Part shown: positions 32,131 through 44,134 of the stretch, piece by piece
Layout: each line of letters opens with the position of its first letter
How positions within the stretch are numbered: the stretch's first letter is position 1
DNA from: Tubulanus polymorphus
Taxonomy: Eukaryota > Animalia > Nemertea
Assembly: GCF_964204645.1 (NCBI RefSeq)
Contig: NC_134033.1
Location: forward strand, 10,362,655 to 10,426,654
Direction of reading: 5' to 3'
DNA: 64,000 bases
The notes under the pieces: model-generated
Told to the model about the DNA's origin: nothing
The model's database searches: none
What the model saw: the letters and a program-made list of their open reading frames with translations, nothing else
Translations under genes and position numbers: made by a program

Positions 32131-32864
32131 GGCTTTAGGCCTACCGGTACTGAGCTTTACTGTCTCAAAGTATAATTGTTGCGTTTATTAACGGACTCAT
32201 TGGATTGAACTTCAACAAAAAATTTGAAATAAAATTCTGGCAACATTGCTACGATGTACAAAAAGATTTCTTTCTTCATAATCCGAAAATGAAATCGATT
32301 TTACGAATTCAACACCCTACAGAGACCTATCCCTGTTAAATAAGGTGTATACGATGTTTATGAGGGTTGTAATTCAATAGGCCTACGACCAATCTGTCCG
32401 GATGTTAGGCCTACGCATATACATAGGCCTACATAGGCTAGTAGCCTCTACTAGGTTAAAGCTAAGTTAAAGCTAAAGGAGGAATCATATTTATTAAAAT
32501 GCATGTTGATTAGTAATTAACTGGTACTGACTTGCAACGATCAATCACAATTATCAATTTTATTGGCAGAAATGAAAGTTTTTTGGACAATTTCGACTGA
32601 GCAGATAGCTTTATAAGCCAGACTTTTCGTTTGAGTTTTTTCATCATAAATGAAACTGGTATTTCATTAATTCCTAATGACGTCCTCCTCCCTCTGCAGG
32701 GACTCGAACCTGATGGCATCGCTACACTCAGCCACGGCACGAACCCCTGCATCAGTAGACCGGGTGCGCAGGTACATGCGCAGCTTTCCGAACGAAAACT
32801 GGCGGCACCAATCAGATTGCTCGTTGTATAATCGTTAAGGCAAATTTCAAGGAAGAACTATAAA

Positions 32865-34570
32865 GGTAAGCGATTTTTTCTACCGGCGACAGTTAGGTTT
32901 CGCACTGCGCATGTTCTGAATATACCGGAAGTAAACAAACCGTGACGTACGCGGAAGTAAAGTTCAGCACATGTAAGTCGCAATTGAAATTAATTCTTTT
33001 TCTCTCTTTCTTCTACATGAAATACGTGTGCCAAAAATGATGTTTTTTCATGTCAAATGTATTTTGGACAAAAAGGAAGATCCAATACTCAGAACAGTAG
33101 TTGCCAAATCTGGTAGTCATCTCTTGACCGATGAGGGATTGCGGTCCTTGAAATTAAATTCCTAAACATGGCCCTAGCCCTTGAAGCTGAAAAAAGTATG
33201 TATGACTGTACGGTAATTGATTCTTATATAATAACCCCGATTGTCGCAGGAAACAAATCACGATACAAATATAGTCTATTCAAGAAAGTATGTAGTACTT
33301 TGATAACTTTTCTCGTTTTTCATTTACTCTTGAGACTCCTCATAAAATCTATTTGATAACTAGATAAATTTTGAAAACAAATATATGATCATTGGCGGCT
33401 ACAACAAGGATAGTAATCATTGGGTTCTGGTTGTAAGTAAAATTATAATTATTTGATAATTTCGGTATTTATTTGTCAAATATTAAGTATTTAGAAATAA
33501 TGCATTTTTTTATTCATATTAGATGATCAAGCCCAAAAACTATGAAATCGTCTACCTTGATCCGTTTGGAGCATCTGATTTTAAAAAAGCTCAAGCACTG
33601 AAGAATATTAAGTAAGAAATCATTATGAAAACTGCGTTATTCTCTATCGATGTCAATGTATTATGTATAATTTCCAAACTATTTCTCATCTCAATGTAAG
33701 GTCTTACTTGACTTACTGAGCCACAGCCCTTGGTAGACATGACATTGATGATATTGAATGGTCCATAATCGAACCGCCTCACCAGAAACAACTTGATGGG
33801 CATAGTTGTGGGGGCTGACTATTTTGGTAGGATTGATTTGTTTAATTTCAATATTATTGATTATTGTTTAACAAGTCTCATTCAATTACATATGTGTATT
33901 CAACAGTATGCTGGCAGTGTTCTTCAAGGTACTGACACGACCCATATTTCAACAGTAAATGCAAATTCACATCGTTGGACATCAGCCGCTGCACTAGTTA
34001 ATGAATCAGGTAGGCCCTCGACCTTATAGTTATTAAATTCAAAGTTCATTATAATGCAATCCTTTTTAATTTTAGTGCCAGTATAAATGAACATTAATCA
34101 ATATCAATATACAGTTCTGTTATTTCTTTTCTAGGAGGAATGCAACTATTGCTATCGATGGTACCATGTGGTGTGTCTACCTCATACTTTAAACCGAAAG
34201 ATAATTCTAAATTTTGATTGGAAATGTATTTTCTGCAAGCAGTACTGTACTAAGTAAAGAAATAAACACTTAAATTCATGATAAGAAATAAACACATTAA
34301 ATTCATTCTATATGCTGAATTCCATTTTATTTTTTGTCTCAATATTTACAACCTGTCATAGAAGGAAACGGATCGGAAATCTTTTCAGATTTTAACCTTA
34401 AAATTTCGATTTTATCATCGCAGAATAACGTATACCTATTGACACTGTAATTGACTTTTGACTAGCCATGTGCTTTACTTCCGCGTACGTCACAGTTTGT
34501 TTACTTCCGGTATATTCAGAACATGTGCAGTGCGAAACCTAACTGTGGCCGGTAGAAAAAATCGCTTACC
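32865..34570. mobile_element. Mutator-like element (MULE), non-autonomous, with Ulp1/C48 protease gene remnants
   Basis: TIRs of ~105 bp (GGTAAGCGATTTTTTCTACCGGC...); 9-bp TSD AACTATAAA at 32856-32864 and 34571-34579; internal + strand exon remnants NHWVLV|gt and ag|MIKPKNYEIVYLDPFG. Confidence 0.82.
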
Positions 34571-34746
34571 AACTATAAATGGGAAAACCCGGGCTAAAAT
34601 AAAACGGGATTTCTGATTGGCTAAAAATCACATCATCTGAACTGCTCATGTATCTGCGCACACGGTCGATTATGGCAGGGTTTCGTGCCGTGGCAATCTC
34701 GATGCCATCAGGTTCGAATCCCTGCCGGGGGAGGATGAATGACGTA

Positions 34747-35082
34747 AGCTGGGCGTAGGTTGGCCTTGCGACGGCCTTCAACTCACTGCGACGCCATTCA
34801 CTGCGACCGTCAGCGACGATTGCGTCGCAACGACTCATCGACCTACGCTCCCTTGCGACTGCCAGCGACAGGATGCGACCGTCAGCGACGCCAGTCACAA
34901 GGAGTCTAATGTTCTGCTTTCTGCGACGCGACACAACCGTCGCAACCGACCTACGCGCTCTTGCGTCTGGCAGAAACTAGTCGCACACCACCGCTGACAA
35001 TCGTGTCGCAACTGACTTGCGCTCACAATTGCGACGCAATGCGAGGATCGCCTCGCATCGCAAGGCCGACCTACGTCCGGCT
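34747..35082. mobile_element. Harbinger-like MITE with internal TGCGAC repeats
   Basis: TIRs AGCTGGGCGTAGGTTGGCCTTGCGA / TCGCAAGGCCGACCTACGTCCGGCT with TA/TTA flanks. Confidence 0.6.
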
Positions 35083-35546
35083 TTAAGTTACTGCGGAGCC
35101 CCAGAAAGATCTTTTTTTGTTCAAAAGACCTTTCGCTCGAAAATCTTTTTTTTGTCGGAACACATATTTTTTCGCTCGAACAAATAAGATTCTGTTTCGA
35201 TTGAACCAATTTAAAAAAAAAATCGTTATAACAAAGTTGTGTTCGTTCAAACTAAATTTTTTTGTCCAACGAAAGGTTTTTCGTTCGAACAAGTATATCG
35301 TTAAAAGTTTTTTGTTCGAACCAAAAGTATAAAGCATTTCGTTCAATCGAACAGAATTGTTTTCATTCAAACATTCGTTCGAAAAAAATTGTTTTCGCTC
35401 AACAAAATTTTTTTGTCGGGACAAAAAGTTTTTCATTTCAACAACAGCAATTTTTTGTCAGAACGAAGAAAAGTTTTCGTTCCAACAAAAAGCCTGTTGT
35501 TCCATCAAACAGAATTGTATATAATGTTCTTATATATAAATATTAG

Positions 35547-35685
35547 AGTAATTATACAATGGTTGTTTCATACCAAAGGTTGAAGGGTTGAGTGAATAAA
35601 AAATAAAAATAATTCGCGCTTATTTTTATTTTCTATGAGCTCGACGCTTCGACCTTTGGTATGAAACGACCATTATACAATTACT
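35547..35685. mobile_element. Solo AGTAAT...ATTACT hairpin unit related to the units at 52814-52951 and 53215-53366
   Basis: AGTAATTATACAATGG..GTTTCATACCAAAGG / CCTTTGGTATGAAAC..CCATTATACAATTACT; shares GTTGAGTGA.TAAAAAATAAAAA and TATGAGCTCGAC...TCGACCT with the 53215 unit. No TSD visible. Confidence 0.6.
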
Positions 35686-35927
35686 GTTACCGTTAATAAT
35701 CGTTCAGTTATGCGCCGTATTTTTGGTCGAAATACCGAACCAGGTTGTCGCTAAGCTGGCCGCTTTTTTCTTACCGATCAATTTTAACTCTGAACCCACT
35801 TCTTTATACTCTTTTTTTAAAAAGGTGATATGAAATTCATACGTGCTCGAAATAAACGCATAAAACGACAACCAATCACAGCTAAAACTTCGCAACGTCG
35901 ATATCAATAATAAAATCAACTCTTTAT

Positions 35928-38900
35928 TCATTTATTTAGAAATTTAGAGCCAGAAAAACGGCGTAATTTTTTACGTTCGGAAATATTGAACTTTCTTTCA
36001 TTTAAAGATTCATTCGTCATTTGACGTGCGGTGAAGAAATAAAAGGACGAATAGCTAGGTTGACCCATAAACGTCACTTGGAAGTTATCAATCAGCATCG
36101 CTTCTTCATCAGCCGCATTCTTGTATTCGTGTGAATTACGACGCGCTAAAAATAAAACAACTCAACGAAAATTTAACAATTAGTGGCAAAAACAGCGGGG
36201 GAGGTAACCAGTAATCATTTCAGTGTATCAATTTTACCTTCGGAAATGAAAAAACGCCCGAGAGTTTGGCCGAACTCAATAGCTCTGCTCGTGTGAGGAG
36301 TGTTGGCTTTCATATTCCAGTGGAAACTGAATTTCTCTGGATGCCACTGTACACTGTAGATCGGGTAATTACGAGCTTCAATTCGTCAAAGGAGAAGAAA
36401 ATTCACCCATTAAACTTTTGTTTGTTTCTTTCTATTATGTTTTCACATTCAAATGATAAACGTGTGCATTCGCTGCTTTGACGTCATGTTGAAATGTTAA
36501 AATTCATGATGAAATGCGTGACGTCACGTACCTTCCATTGTGGATATATATTCAGTGCCCTCGTCATCCGTGTTCACAGAAACTACTTTGAAAAACTGTC
36601 GCATCGCTGTGTTTGAGTGATACGTCTGAATAATGAATGTAACGAACACCGGTTTAGGGGTCACTTTGGATAGAAATGTCTTTGTTGTTCTGGAAAGTCT
36701 GAAAATTTTGTAAATCAACTTTACCTTCATAGAAACGCAATTGTGATGCATATGCGGCAAATTATTTTCATCGAATAAAACCGGTAACAAATTGAAAGGT
36801 ACATTCTTCTGTATAAAACTGTCGTCATAATCTGGATATGAGATATTTGTATTTAACAGAACTCGGTGTTAAAAGCCATATACCGTTTAACATATGTTCA
36901 AAATCAGACTTATATGAACATAGAACAGCGCGTTATAGATTAAATAATGCATAGAACTAACAAGAAACTTCCCACTCATGGTGAATTCTAATACCTTTTC
37001 CTTTAAAGAATTTCGTTTGTTTAAACATCTCTTCGCATTTGTACGTGGCAATTTCACCGGCTGCATTACTCAATAAAAACTGTAATCCCAAACACGTAGC
37101 CCACACCGGCAGATATACGCCTTTATCATTCTCCTTAAACATCATACAACAAATATATATATATATATGTAATCTTGGAGTAATCATTTGTATTTCAAAT
37201 GATTACTCCAAGATACAATGACGGTCTAATTAACTAAAACGTTGTTTATAGTAAGTTCCATTGGGATAAGGCGTGATGGCGCTGTTGCATGAGACAAGCG
37301 GGTTCGAGTCCTGCTGGCAGTGCGTAAAACATTTCAAATGGTGTCCTATCGCGATGTGGTTGAATCAACAAGACCCGAATGACGTACAGCAAAACGAATT
37401 AAACTAAGACTAAAAACGTTATGAATTTCAGTTATAAATCTACCTGGATCGCTAAATCGAGTAAAACCTTTGCGTCTCGACCATATGTTGAGTGTAAAGG
37501 ATTGGAATGTCCCCCGGGAAGGTAGACTCTACAATCAATAATGCATGTATACAAACATTTATCACATATCTGAGAGAAATCAACACGATCTTTCTCCCGG
37601 CATATATATGTAAACGATCGCCAGTTCAGATCTGTTTAGCATTCTGACGAATCGACCGATAGGAATGAAGATCAATAAATGTTTTACCCGTTTATTTGTT
37701 CAATCACGTGTTGGTAATACTGAACAGTTTGATTCCCCCTGAAAGTGTAGTGATCAATAATATCGATTGGTAATCAGAACTGTTTTATCGTGAATCGTGA
37801 ATATATGCGACACTGACCAAATTGGAACAACTTTAGCCCCGGACATCTCTAACCATTTCACGTGTGCAGGGAAAATGATGAATTCACCGAATTGAGAATT
37901 AGGCCCGAGAGCAGCTTGCACGAGGACCCCTATAATCAGTAATCTGAACTAGATGAAATTTGAAAACACCGTACGAATATAAAATCAACCGAAACACCGG
38001 AAGTGGTGCTCAGTCACGTGACCGTCGAACATTTTCGGTTCTATACGGGTTCAACGCGCGAAGGTAGTTTTGTTTGCTACTCACCGATGATTGGTTTGAA
38101 GTTTACCTCCGATGGTTTAGGTTTGTTCTGCACATTTTCTGGTAAAATATGAACGTAAAATTTATTTTCAAAAAAGCGTCGGTTCAAATCAATACCCTAA
38201 ACTGAGAAGTCGGAGTCTAAGAGGTCAGGAGGTTGAGAGGTCAGGTGTCTGAGAGGTCAAGATGTCAGCTGTGTCTGAGAGTTCAAGAGGTTGAGAGGTC
38301 AAGAACTTTGAGCTCAGAAGTTTGTGAGGCCAGTAGGTTGAGCGGCCAGGAGTCTTGAGAAGTTATGAGGTTGAGGATTCGGTGTCTAAGCGGTCAGGAC
38401 GCTGAAAGGTAAGGAGGTTGAGAGGTCCTGAGGTTGAGAGGTCAGGAGTCTGAAAGGTCAGGCGGTTAAGAGGTAAGGAGTCTGAGAGATCAGGTTGAAA
38501 GGCCAGTACGTAGCAGTGATTAACTCACCAGATTTCCTATGGCTGTGATTACATTTTTGAATGATCCGAAACGGATTGTTATTCAAACACACTGCGCCCC
38601 TGTTATTCTCGCTATTCCTGCTTCTCCTATTATTCCTTTTCAATTCCTGCTGCTGTTGATGATTGAATGTTTCCGCCTCTGATTCACACGCATGCCGTTG
38701 ATAAATCTTGTCGTTTTTTACGTCTAACGACGACAGTATTTGAGACTCGGAAAAATGATAGACCACAATCACCAATAAAATAAAGCCAGTGCATGAATAA
38801 CTAGTTAACGATAATAACTCCCGTGCCTTGAAGAAAAAATACAATACAAAATAAAATTACATATGTTCCAAAAACTATTGATGTCGAAATGATGATTAGT

Positions 38901-39541
38901 AAAACTTTGTAAAACAGTTAAAAACGTGATCAGAAATGAAGATGCAATGTATCGTGCAAAGGAACGATAATGATATCAAACCTGCAGTGAAACAAAAACC
39001 GTCAAGTTTAAAAAAATTTTAGTTTTCTCACACTGGAAAACCAAAAACGGGTCCATATGAAAATGTGAAAATGTTCTCTAACGCTACAGAAAGATTTTTT
39101 AGTATGGTCCGAATCGGCCACCGTATTAGTTGCACGACAGAATTATACAAACTTATCCCTTGAAACATAGTTTCTAGTTTAGGAAGTCGAAAGTTCGAAA
39201 TGTTTCAATGTTCTTTCGATGTTTTAAAACGTTGTCGATCTTTCTCGTCGTGAATTTCATTAAAGAACCAATTTAAAACGTTGACAAACAATTAGAAAAT
39301 TGAAAATTTGGTGAATTGGAATCAGAAAACACTCGAACGTCGGATGAATAATTACCAACAAATTTGTATCAGTTTTCAGTTATTGATTACGTTGAAAAAT
39401 ATCAAAAGAATATAATTCAGCGCATTGCAATATTCATTTCGTTTGACAAAGTTTGCATTTAAAAAAATGATTTCTCATTCTCCTCACAGTTGAAGTTTGG
39501 AGGATGAAAATTATTTAGCTTGAAATAGAATTTACCTTCAT
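35928..39541 (-). CDS. Gamma-glutamyl hydrolase-like (peptidase C26) with an N-terminal membrane anchor and long stem
   Basis: Exons 39541-39536 (tentative), 38826-38529, 38138-38085, 37929-37818, 37738-37688, 37528-37444, 37133-36995, 36831-36725, 36625-36532, 36375-36238 and 36145-35928 are phase-consistent and open. Motifs: KPIIGVL, VKWLEMSGAKVVPI, INGVYLPGG, PVWATCLG (catalytic Cys), YISTME, QWHPEK (catalytic His/Glu). Confidence 0.88.
38218..38500 (+). repeat. Degenerate GAGAGGTCAGGAG-type minisatellite in a GGH intron
   Basis: Direct reading of ~16-bp degenerate units. Confidence 0.8.
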
Positions 39542-39894
39542 CTCATTCGCCACGCAACTCACTGCTCGTCGAAGTTATTCCTTTCCAATAATACTCGGTG
39601 TTTGAAAGTTTGCGTTCTCACTTAATTCGGTTTATTTGTAAACCTGCTAGTTTTCAAAACACCTGCTTGGTTTTTGCGGTAAAGTATTTGAACGGTTCAT
39701 GGATTGAGCCAGATGTTTTTATGAAGAGCACGAATGGATAGAAATGGTGCGAATTTCCCGATGAAAAAATATGATACGTTGATGTTGTTTTTTTCTAGGT
39801 ATGTAGGCCACACACTTGTGAATTATATGGTTTAACCTGTTTTTCTTTTTTTTTTACGAAAAACAATACTCTACGAATTACCGAAATACATCAC

Positions 39895-42800
39895 ATCACT
39901 GGTTTGTTAGATGATTTAGATCAATACTTTTTTCCCTGAATGATGAAGAGAGTTACTTATGTGTTTGCGGTGATTTAACATGCATACACGAGAACATAAC
40001 AATATTCTTTTTTCTAGATGATGAGAATTATTTTGCCGCCAGTGAATTAAATGTTGACGATCTGTTTGACACACTGAATGAGACTGTCGACCGTCTCAGA
40101 TCAAGTAACCGTTTCGAGAGGTTTAACCGTGACACCGGTATCAATAATTATGGTTACAGAATGGTCGATATGTCTAATCCCACTCCTTACTTATTGCTGA
40201 TGGTCGCATTGGAGACGATAATGCAAATTGTAGGGATTTTACCTGCTCAAAAGGAATGTCATAGAATACATATCAACATCAATCGAATTCTTATTACATT
40301 TCAATAATTCCGTGTCCTCGAATTTGAGCCTGCATTCTAAGATTTCCATTGCCCAATTTTAGCAACACTTTCGGTCAACTTAACAACCATTGTCCATGAA
40401 GAACCTGTGGTCGATAAACCCTTAAGAAAGAATAAAGTGGGATAAGAACTTAACCCATGCTTTTGATGCGCACGAAGTCCGAAAGGACGACTTCACAGAT
40501 ATCATGGAAACCTAACTAACGGCCTTTTCGACCCATCAGGCGCTAGTTCACTATTGTGTACTAGAATGCAAGATATTGGATTTACGGTAATGGGGTCCAC
40601 TCACCCGGAAAACCACATTTACCCGTATAAGCCGGCGCAGGGTCGATAGCTCAGCAGGAATACCTGTACTACCACTAAGGTCAATTTCTAAAAGAAATAT
40701 CCTACATTGAGCTGCTATACAGTTCTATATGCACGATATTGTACGAATATAATGTTTTGAGTGGACAGTAAAACGACTCGGAACTGATTCTATCTTGGAC
40801 CAAAACCAATAATTGTCCTTTCTTGGAGCTATACGCAAAGAATTTGGAAGTGACTCGAATATGATCTAATTTCTATTTTATTAACTTTGCTGAGGACATC
40901 GGGAGGCATACTACAGTCATCGCTTTGGAAACGCACCTCATATATGTCTTAATCGGACCAGCATAGATGATTAGCTTAAAAGATCAAAAACGAATTTAAA
41001 AATTAAAATCAAAAGACATTTCGGACTCTCTTGAGAGTGAGACCATCAAGGTTTGAATAAAATCGACCAAGGGAAAACATGTAAATTGTGTAGATTTCTA
41101 TAGCTGCGGTAGGCATCGAGAAATATAAACGAAGTAGTCCCGCGAGGAATTGTATATGATAGAATTTATCATGATGAAACATTACAGTGTATGGGGGCCT
41201 ACACGGATTATCATTCGACTACTAATATATACTGAAAAAATAGAATTATGTAGAGAAAAATGTAATGTTTCAACAAAGATCAAACGGTTCAAAGGTTTTT
41301 GTTCTGGGTTTATTATTTTCGGATAAAAATATGAACCACGAGGAGTGTGAAAACTGATGTAATGTTTCAAAAATATCAATTAAGTATGAATTGCATTGAA
41401 TTGAACTGAATTTGAATTGAAATTGTCCCACTAGACAGAGCTGTTGTAGAAGATTGAGCTCACCAGATGGTGCCATTGAATAAGACCGGAAGTATGATAT
41501 GCTCCATCTCGAGGGGTGTCGCATAAGACTGTAGAGAAAAGCAGAGAGGCGTTACCATGATACGTAATAGAACTACAGATACGAAAATTGAATTAAACGA
41601 GACATTAGGCTTCATAAGAAATCGGATGAAAACCAAGAAAGAGAATCTTTTAACAAAAATTTGTGAAATCTAAACACAAGTCCAATAGAATACTTGAAAC
41701 TTTATAGCAAGAGCCCAAACATATGCAAAGCCACGACCGAAGATTTCCTTGAACATTTCGAAGAATTGAATCAAAAACCTGATTATTTTGATGCAGAAGT
41801 CCGAGAAACTGAACGGAAATTAATCTCGAGAACGTAGATAACACTGAAATGCATCACAAATCTACGAGGATAGCTCCTTCGACCATGAGATTCACCATAT
41901 AACAACAAGCAAGAACTAATTCATATGTAGGTTCTCCACCGACAACCCCCCTAGACAGCTGGGAAACTATGTCATTCAAGCAAACTACTCAAAGAATTCA
42001 AACGCCATCTAATAGTACATTTAAATATAAAAACTCCGATGTGCTTCGTAGGCCACATCTTGGCTGGTCGGTTAAGTTTCACTGCCTTAAATTTCTAAGT
42101 ACAGCCTATTAGCTCGCACTGTATCCCTCGGAACCGACATCATGTATAGATATTTAAAAACAAATTGTATCGATTATCATTTATATTGTATGTACGGTTC
42201 ACGGTTAAAAATAAATATCTATCTAAGTTGTTTCTCCTATGTGTGTATGTAGCTTTTAATGACATGTAAATGAACCGAGTGCACAATAACAAAATAGAAA
42301 ATATGTATCTACTATCAGCTCCGAAACAAGTGTACTATATGGTCATACTGGTTTGTTACATGATTTAGATCAATACCTTTTTCCTTAAATGATGAAGAGT
42401 TACTTATGTGTTTGCGGTGATTTCAATGCATACACGAGAACACTAATGATTTGAATGTTGACGATCTGTTTGACACACTGAATGAGACTGTCGACCGTCT
42501 CAGATGGCATAACCTTTTCGAGAGGTTTAACCGTGACACCGATATCAATAATTATGGTAACAGAATGATTGATCTGTTCAAATCCCACTCCTTATTTATT
42601 GCTGATGGTCGCATTGGAGACGATAATGCAAATTGTAGGGATTTTACCTGCTCCAAAATAGCTGTTAAGCTTGCTATAGAATACATATCAACATCACATT
42701 TGTACATTTCAATAATTTCCGTGTCCTCGACTTTAAGCCGGCATTCTAAGATTTCCATTGCCCAATTTAAGCAACACTTTCGTTCAACATAACAACCACT

Positions 42801-44134
42801 GTCCATGCAGACCATGTAGTCGATAAACCCTTCAGAAAAAGAATAAGGTGGGATAAAAACTTAACTTATGGGCTAATATATAATAATAATAATAGGCTTC
42901 ATAAGAAATTGGTAAAATCGGATGAAAACCAAGAAAGAGAATCATTCTTTTAACAAAAAAATTTAAACACAAGTCCAATAGAATACTTGAAGCTTTATAG
43001 CAAGAGCCCAAACATATGCAAAGCCACGACTGAAGATCTCCTTGAACATTTCGAAGAATTGAATAAAAAACCTGATTATTTTGATGCAGAAGTCCGAGAA
43101 ACTGAACTGAAATTAATCACGAGTGCGTCAAAAAGATTGAAAGACACGTCAATACACAAACCTAATTCTTGTGGTTCTTTTAAAACGTGGAATAGAGCCT
43201 TTGCACCAATCTCGGTAGAACCCCCTTTCGACTAGATTTTTGAACTCCGACAAAAAAAAGATAATCAAACGAGTCACCATGATGATATCAGATGTCCACT
43301 TTTCACTCTCAGTTTTTTTCTTCGCGCGCATCAAAAACACGGGTTAAACCCGTGTTTTTGATGCGCACGAAGTCCGAAAGGACGGCTTCACAGATCGTGG
43401 AAAACCTAGCGAACGGGCTTTCGACCCATCAGACGCAAGCACGTACTATTATGCCCTAGAATGAAAGATATTGCCTCAACGGTCATGGGGTCCACTCACC
43501 CGGAAAACCCACTACGCGTATAGTCGATCTAAGCAGAAGTACCTGTACTAAAAAGACGACTGCACAGACAAGCAGGGCGGCGTTACTATGATAATGGAAC
43601 TACAGATAATAAATTTGAATTTAACAAGGCATTAGGCTTCATAAGAAATCGGTAAAATCGGATGAAAACCAAGAAAGAGGATCTCTTAACAAAAAAATTG
43701 AGAAATCTAAAAGACACAAGTTCAAGTGAATACTGGAAGCTTCTTAATCGCAAGTGCCCAAACAAATGCAAAGCCACACCCGAAGATCTCCTTGAACATT
43801 TTGGAGAATTGAATAAAACCCCCGATCATCTTCATGCCGAAGTCCGAGAAACTGAACAAAAATTATTAACCTCAAGTACGTGAATAGCAATATCTAGCAG
43901 ACGGTCAAGTCACGTATCTGGATAAATGGCCGTAACATAATTGATTGATAGTTTCTTAGGATTAAGACAAGGCGACAACTCATCACCAATTCTATTTTCA
44001 ATTTTTGTTAATGACTTGGAAAGTCATATAGTCGAAGAAGGATGTCAACCACTTTTCTACCAAATGAAAATGAAATGAATTGGCTTTCTCTTTTGGTCCT
44101 GCTTTATGCTGACGACATGGTTGCGATTTGGTTT
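39895..44134 (+). mobile_element. Mosaic of decayed, internally duplicated LINE fragments (APE endonuclease and RT); continues at 48761-49170
   Basis: CGDFNAYT and NNYGNRMIDL...GRIGDD (endonuclease) at ~39960-40250 and ~42410-42650; repeated blocks at 41605/42893/43630; GLRQGDNSSPILFSIFVNDLE and LYADDM at ~43960-44120. Confidence 0.75.

Noticed and set aside
37270-37330. tRNA-like GTTCGA B-box segments (also ~6045, ~13635, ~19350, ~58110-58175)
   Set aside because: No complete cloverleaf could be folded; these are most likely decayed SINE heads and are not called as tRNA genes.
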